From the NCBI GenBank assembly GCA_040766535.1, contig JAXGQG010000007.1, positions 11,121 through 75,120 on the forward strand: a stretch of DNA of 64,000 nucleotides. Reading direction: 5' to 3'. The notes beneath the pieces were generated by a model. That model saw only the letters and a list, made by a program, of their open reading frames with translations, was not told the origin of the DNA and ran no database searches. Of this stretch, positions 61,601-64,000 are shown piece by piece (position 1 is the first letter of the stretch; each line of letters opens with the position of its first letter). Source of the stretch: Dehalococcoidia bacterium (GTDB lineage Bacteria > Chloroflexota > Dehalococcoidia > GIF9 > AB-539-J10). The position numbers and the translations under genes are program-made.

Positions 61601-62821
61601 TCACTCCATCTTCAGTGAGAACGAGTATCTCACCGTTCTCGCAATTGGGTCGACCGCATACAGGACGTTGTTCTGACCGCGTACATATACCAGCGCATCG
61701 TGGTAGCACGGAGTGGACACGACTTCGGCATTCAGGGTGGTCGCCTTCTCGTTCGTCGCATTGGGGACACGCGCGCCCAGGCCCGTGGACTGGTTCACCA
61801 CGTGTACGTCGCCCTTCTTAGTCACTACTACTACGCTGTCGCCGACGACCACTGGTGACGAAGCGATGGCGTCATCCGTGTGATACATGGTGCCCCATTT
61901 GGGATCACCGGTGACGGGATCCAGCGCGTAGAGGACTCCGTCGAGACTCGGTGCAAACAGAGTCCCATTGGCAAGCACCGGAGTCGCCCAGAACCAGTTA
62001 CCCGCCTGGAACCGCCACGAGGGACTGTCAGCTCCGATCGGAATTGCGTTCAGACTACGATCGAACGACGCAACGTAGACGGTACCATCCGCCACGAACG
62101 GAGACGAAACGAACCCGAATTCGTGCGCGTAGGTCCATGGCAGCACTTTGCCCGTAGCGGCGTCCAACGAGTAGATGTGGCCTTCGAATGTAGACACGTA
62201 GACCACACCATCAGCAACGGCGGGCGTAACCCACAGTTTCCCATCCAGGGGTTCGGAAACCCACAACTCATCGCCGTACAGCCGGTCGAGGGCGTACACG
62301 ACGCCGAGTGTGCGGCTGCCATCCTTGATGGAACTGGATACGTAGACGACATCCCCGACCACGGCAGGGCTTCCAACCACCGGGCCGATGCTTTCGTCGG
62401 TGCGCGGGAAGGCCCATTCGCCTTCACGAAGCTGAGGAAACACGAGGCCGGCGGACCGTGACGCAGCATCCAGCATCAGTACTTTGCCGTCGTACGTCCC
62501 AACGCATATATGCCCATCGGCAAGTATCGGATTTCCGTACAGAACGGACGCAGTCTGCGCCGTTCCGCATCCGAAGGAGCCGCGTGTCTGTTTGGTGATC
62601 TCATAGGACCACTCATCCTGCGCTGGATACTGTTCAGCCCCAGCGCGGGCAGCGGGGTTCAAGGCCACAAGCCTTCCCTGCGTGGTGCCGACAAAGAGAG
62701 ACTGTCCGTCGCTCACCACGCCGGCGAATCCCTGCGGAGGCGGCTCCCCCGTACACCCGAGAGATGAGACGGCCACAACCAACAGCGCAATGAGGAGCGA
62801 AATACGAGCCAGCTTCATCAA
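61601..62821 (-). CDS. PQQ-like beta-propeller repeat lipoprotein
   Basis: Lipobox SLGC; repeated S/TP.V..G.VYV....G..YALD..TG...W blades. Confidence 0.9.
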   Translation of the reverse strand: MMKLARISLLIALLVVAVSSLGCTGEPPPQGFAGVVSDGQSLFVGTTQGRLVALNPAARAGAEQYPAQDEWSYEITKQTRGSFGCGTAQTASVLYGNPILADGHICVGTYDGKVLMLDAASRSAGLVFPQLREGEWAFPRTDESIGPVVGSPAVVGDVVYVSSSIKDGSRTLGVVYALDRLYGDELWVSEPLDGKLWVTPAVADGVVYVSTFEGHIYSLDAATGKVLPWTYAHEFGFVSSPFVADGTVYVASFDRSLNAIPIGADSPSWRFQAGNWFWATPVLANGTLFAPSLDGVLYALDPVTGDPKWGTMYHTDDAIASSPVVVGDSVVVVTKKGDVHVVNQSTGLGARVPNATNEKATTLNAEVVSTPCYHDALVYVRGQNNVLYAVDPIARTVRYSFSLKME

Positions 62822-63054
62822 TTCCTGCTTTCTAACCTCTGCGTTGCCGCGATCTGCGGAACCGGGTCATAGCGCGATTCAGAGAAGGGGTGGCACCTCG
62901 CAATACGCTTGACTCCGAGCCAGAATCCGCGTCCTATGCCGTGCATCCGCACGGCCTCCGCCATGTACTCGGAGCACGTGGGCTGAAAGCGGCAACTGTG
63001 AGGAGTCACCTCAGAGATGGTCCTCTGGTACAACCGTATCAGGGCGACTATCAT
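62818..63054 (-). CDS. yidD: membrane protein insertion efficiency factor YidD
   Basis: IRLYQRTIS, CRFQPTCSEY, RIARCHP, YDPVP. Confidence 0.93.
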   Translation of the reverse strand: MIVALIRLYQRTISEVTPHSCRFQPTCSEYMAEAVRMHGIGRGFWLGVKRIARCHPFSESRYDPVPQIAATQRLESRN

Positions 63055-63394
63055 CGCCGTGACACACGCGGATAACGCCCGCCTTCTGGAGGAGTTGCCG
63101 CAACTCACGTTCCACGTCACGGTAGTGTGCACTCTGCATGCCCGACCGAGCAATTACCACCAAATCCCAACCCGGTGGCAGCGCCCGAATACCAACGATC
63201 TGTCGGATCCGCCGCTTAGCGCGGTTACGTTCTACCGCGCCACCTACCTTCTTTCCAACCACCAGGCCAAGGCGGCTTATCGTGAGCGTGCTGCGAAGAG
63301 CCCGCACTGCTACGATGCTACCATAGTATGCCCGGCCACGCCGGAACACGGCGTCGAACTGCTCGCCCGTGGTCAGTGACCACTGTCTCTTCAT
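63011..63394 (-). CDS. rnpA: ribonuclease P protein component
   Basis: RLGLVVGKKVGGAVERNRAKRR. Confidence 0.95.
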   Translation of the reverse strand: MKRQWSLTTGEQFDAVFRRGRAYYGSIVAVRALRSTLTISRLGLVVGKKVGGAVERNRAKRRIRQIVGIRALPPGWDLVVIARSGMQSAHYRDVERELRQLLQKAGVIRVCHGDDSRPDTVVPEDHL

Positions 63395-63400
63395 CCAGGA

Positions 63401-63541
63401 CTAGACAGGCGTAATCTTCAAGCGCCCCTTATCACGGCGCGATTTCAACACGCGAATGCCACCCTTGGTGGACATCCTGGCGCGAAACCCGAGCTTACGA
63501 GCGCGGGGTATTCTCTTCGGCTGATAGGTTCGTTTCGGCAT
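63401..63541 (-). CDS. rpmH: 50S ribosomal protein L34
   Basis: Manual translation [46 protein letters not shown]. Confidence 0.95.
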   Translation of the reverse strand: MPKRTYQPKRIPRARKLGFRARMSTKGGIRVLKSRRDKGRLKITPV

Positions 63542-63550
63542 GGTCCTCTC

Positions 63551-63856
63551 CTAAGAAGAGCTGGATGGCGTTGGGGCGGTCCACCCTGTCTGCCAGATAT
63601 GACTTGGTCCGTATGGCAGAAGTGCGAGGAACCTTGCACGTTTGATTGCCTGTGAAAGCCGTCTCTGATGCTTCGAGCACGCCCTGGACTTATGTCGCGA
63701 TGCTATCTTTCCCCCACCCTGAATGTACCTCGCAAGCAAGCCCGCATCCTTGTAGTCGATCTGAATCCTATCGGCACAGAAAGGACATACACGCGGTCTG
63801 TTGCTGCGGAATTTCGAACGTCGCCTGGGGCCACTGGAGAACCGGAAATTCGCCAT
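63551..63856 (-). CDS. rpsR: 30S ribosomal protein S18 (Zn-binding form)
   Basis: CPFC, IDYKD, CSKHQR, AIKRARFLALLPY. Confidence 0.97.
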   Translation of the reverse strand: MANFRFSSGPRRRSKFRSNRPRVCPFCADRIQIDYKDAGLLARYIQGGGKIASRHKSRACSKHQRRLSQAIKRARFLALLPYGPSHIWQTGWTAPTPSSSS

Positions 63857-63867
63857 TCACTCACTCC

Positions 63868-64000
63868 TCAATTCTGGTCAAACGGCATGTCCTCAGGCCC
63901 GATGTCGCCTTCATCCGGCAACGCAGCGGACCCCGACGGTCTGCCGAGAAATACTACGTTGTTTGCGGTCACTTCCAGGCTTGTCCTGGTTTGTCCATCT
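63868..64000 (-). CDS. ssb: single-stranded DNA-binding protein, C-terminal part (partial)
   Basis: DGQTRTSLEVTANNVVFL...EGDIGPEDMPF(DQN); directly upstream of rpsR. Confidence 0.9.
   Translation of the reverse strand, partial: DGQTRTSLEVTANNVVFLGRPSGSAALPDEGDIGPEDMPFDQN

Noticed and set aside
1-64000. CRISPR arrays, IS elements, prophage, rRNA
   Set aside because: I saw no regularly spaced repeats, transposase/integrase/phage genes or rRNA signatures

Overview
High-GC bacterial chromosomal segment. The gene content and the ssb-rpsR-rpmH-rnpA-yidD-(beta-propeller)-yidC-jag-ileS order suggest Chloroflexota, probably Dehalococcoidia (inference, no search run). It contains about 65 genes: one tRNA-Lys(TTT), housekeeping genes at the right end, an organic-acid/TRAP transport region (41-55 kb), and many envelope-stress or orphan genes (UPF0182, TPM-PspA, GlsB/YmgE, dodecins, USPs). 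In blocks at about 18.7-22.6, 29.8-35.8 and 40.0-40.6 kb every gene is broken by dense indels, more likely low-quality long-read consensus than true decay. I saw no mobile element, CRISPR array or rRNA. Best leads: a beta-propeller lipoprotein embedded in the yidC operon (an EMC1/BamB-like insertase partner?), a pair of orphan paralogs sharing a conserved 62-aa N-terminal module around a GlsB/YmgE gene, a TPM/coiled-coil plus PspA module, an IleRS2 with the GIHH motif, a steroid 5-alpha-reductase/SDR pair, and repeated leaderless-type promoters. Starts were adjusted by eye and family calls come from motif recognition only.
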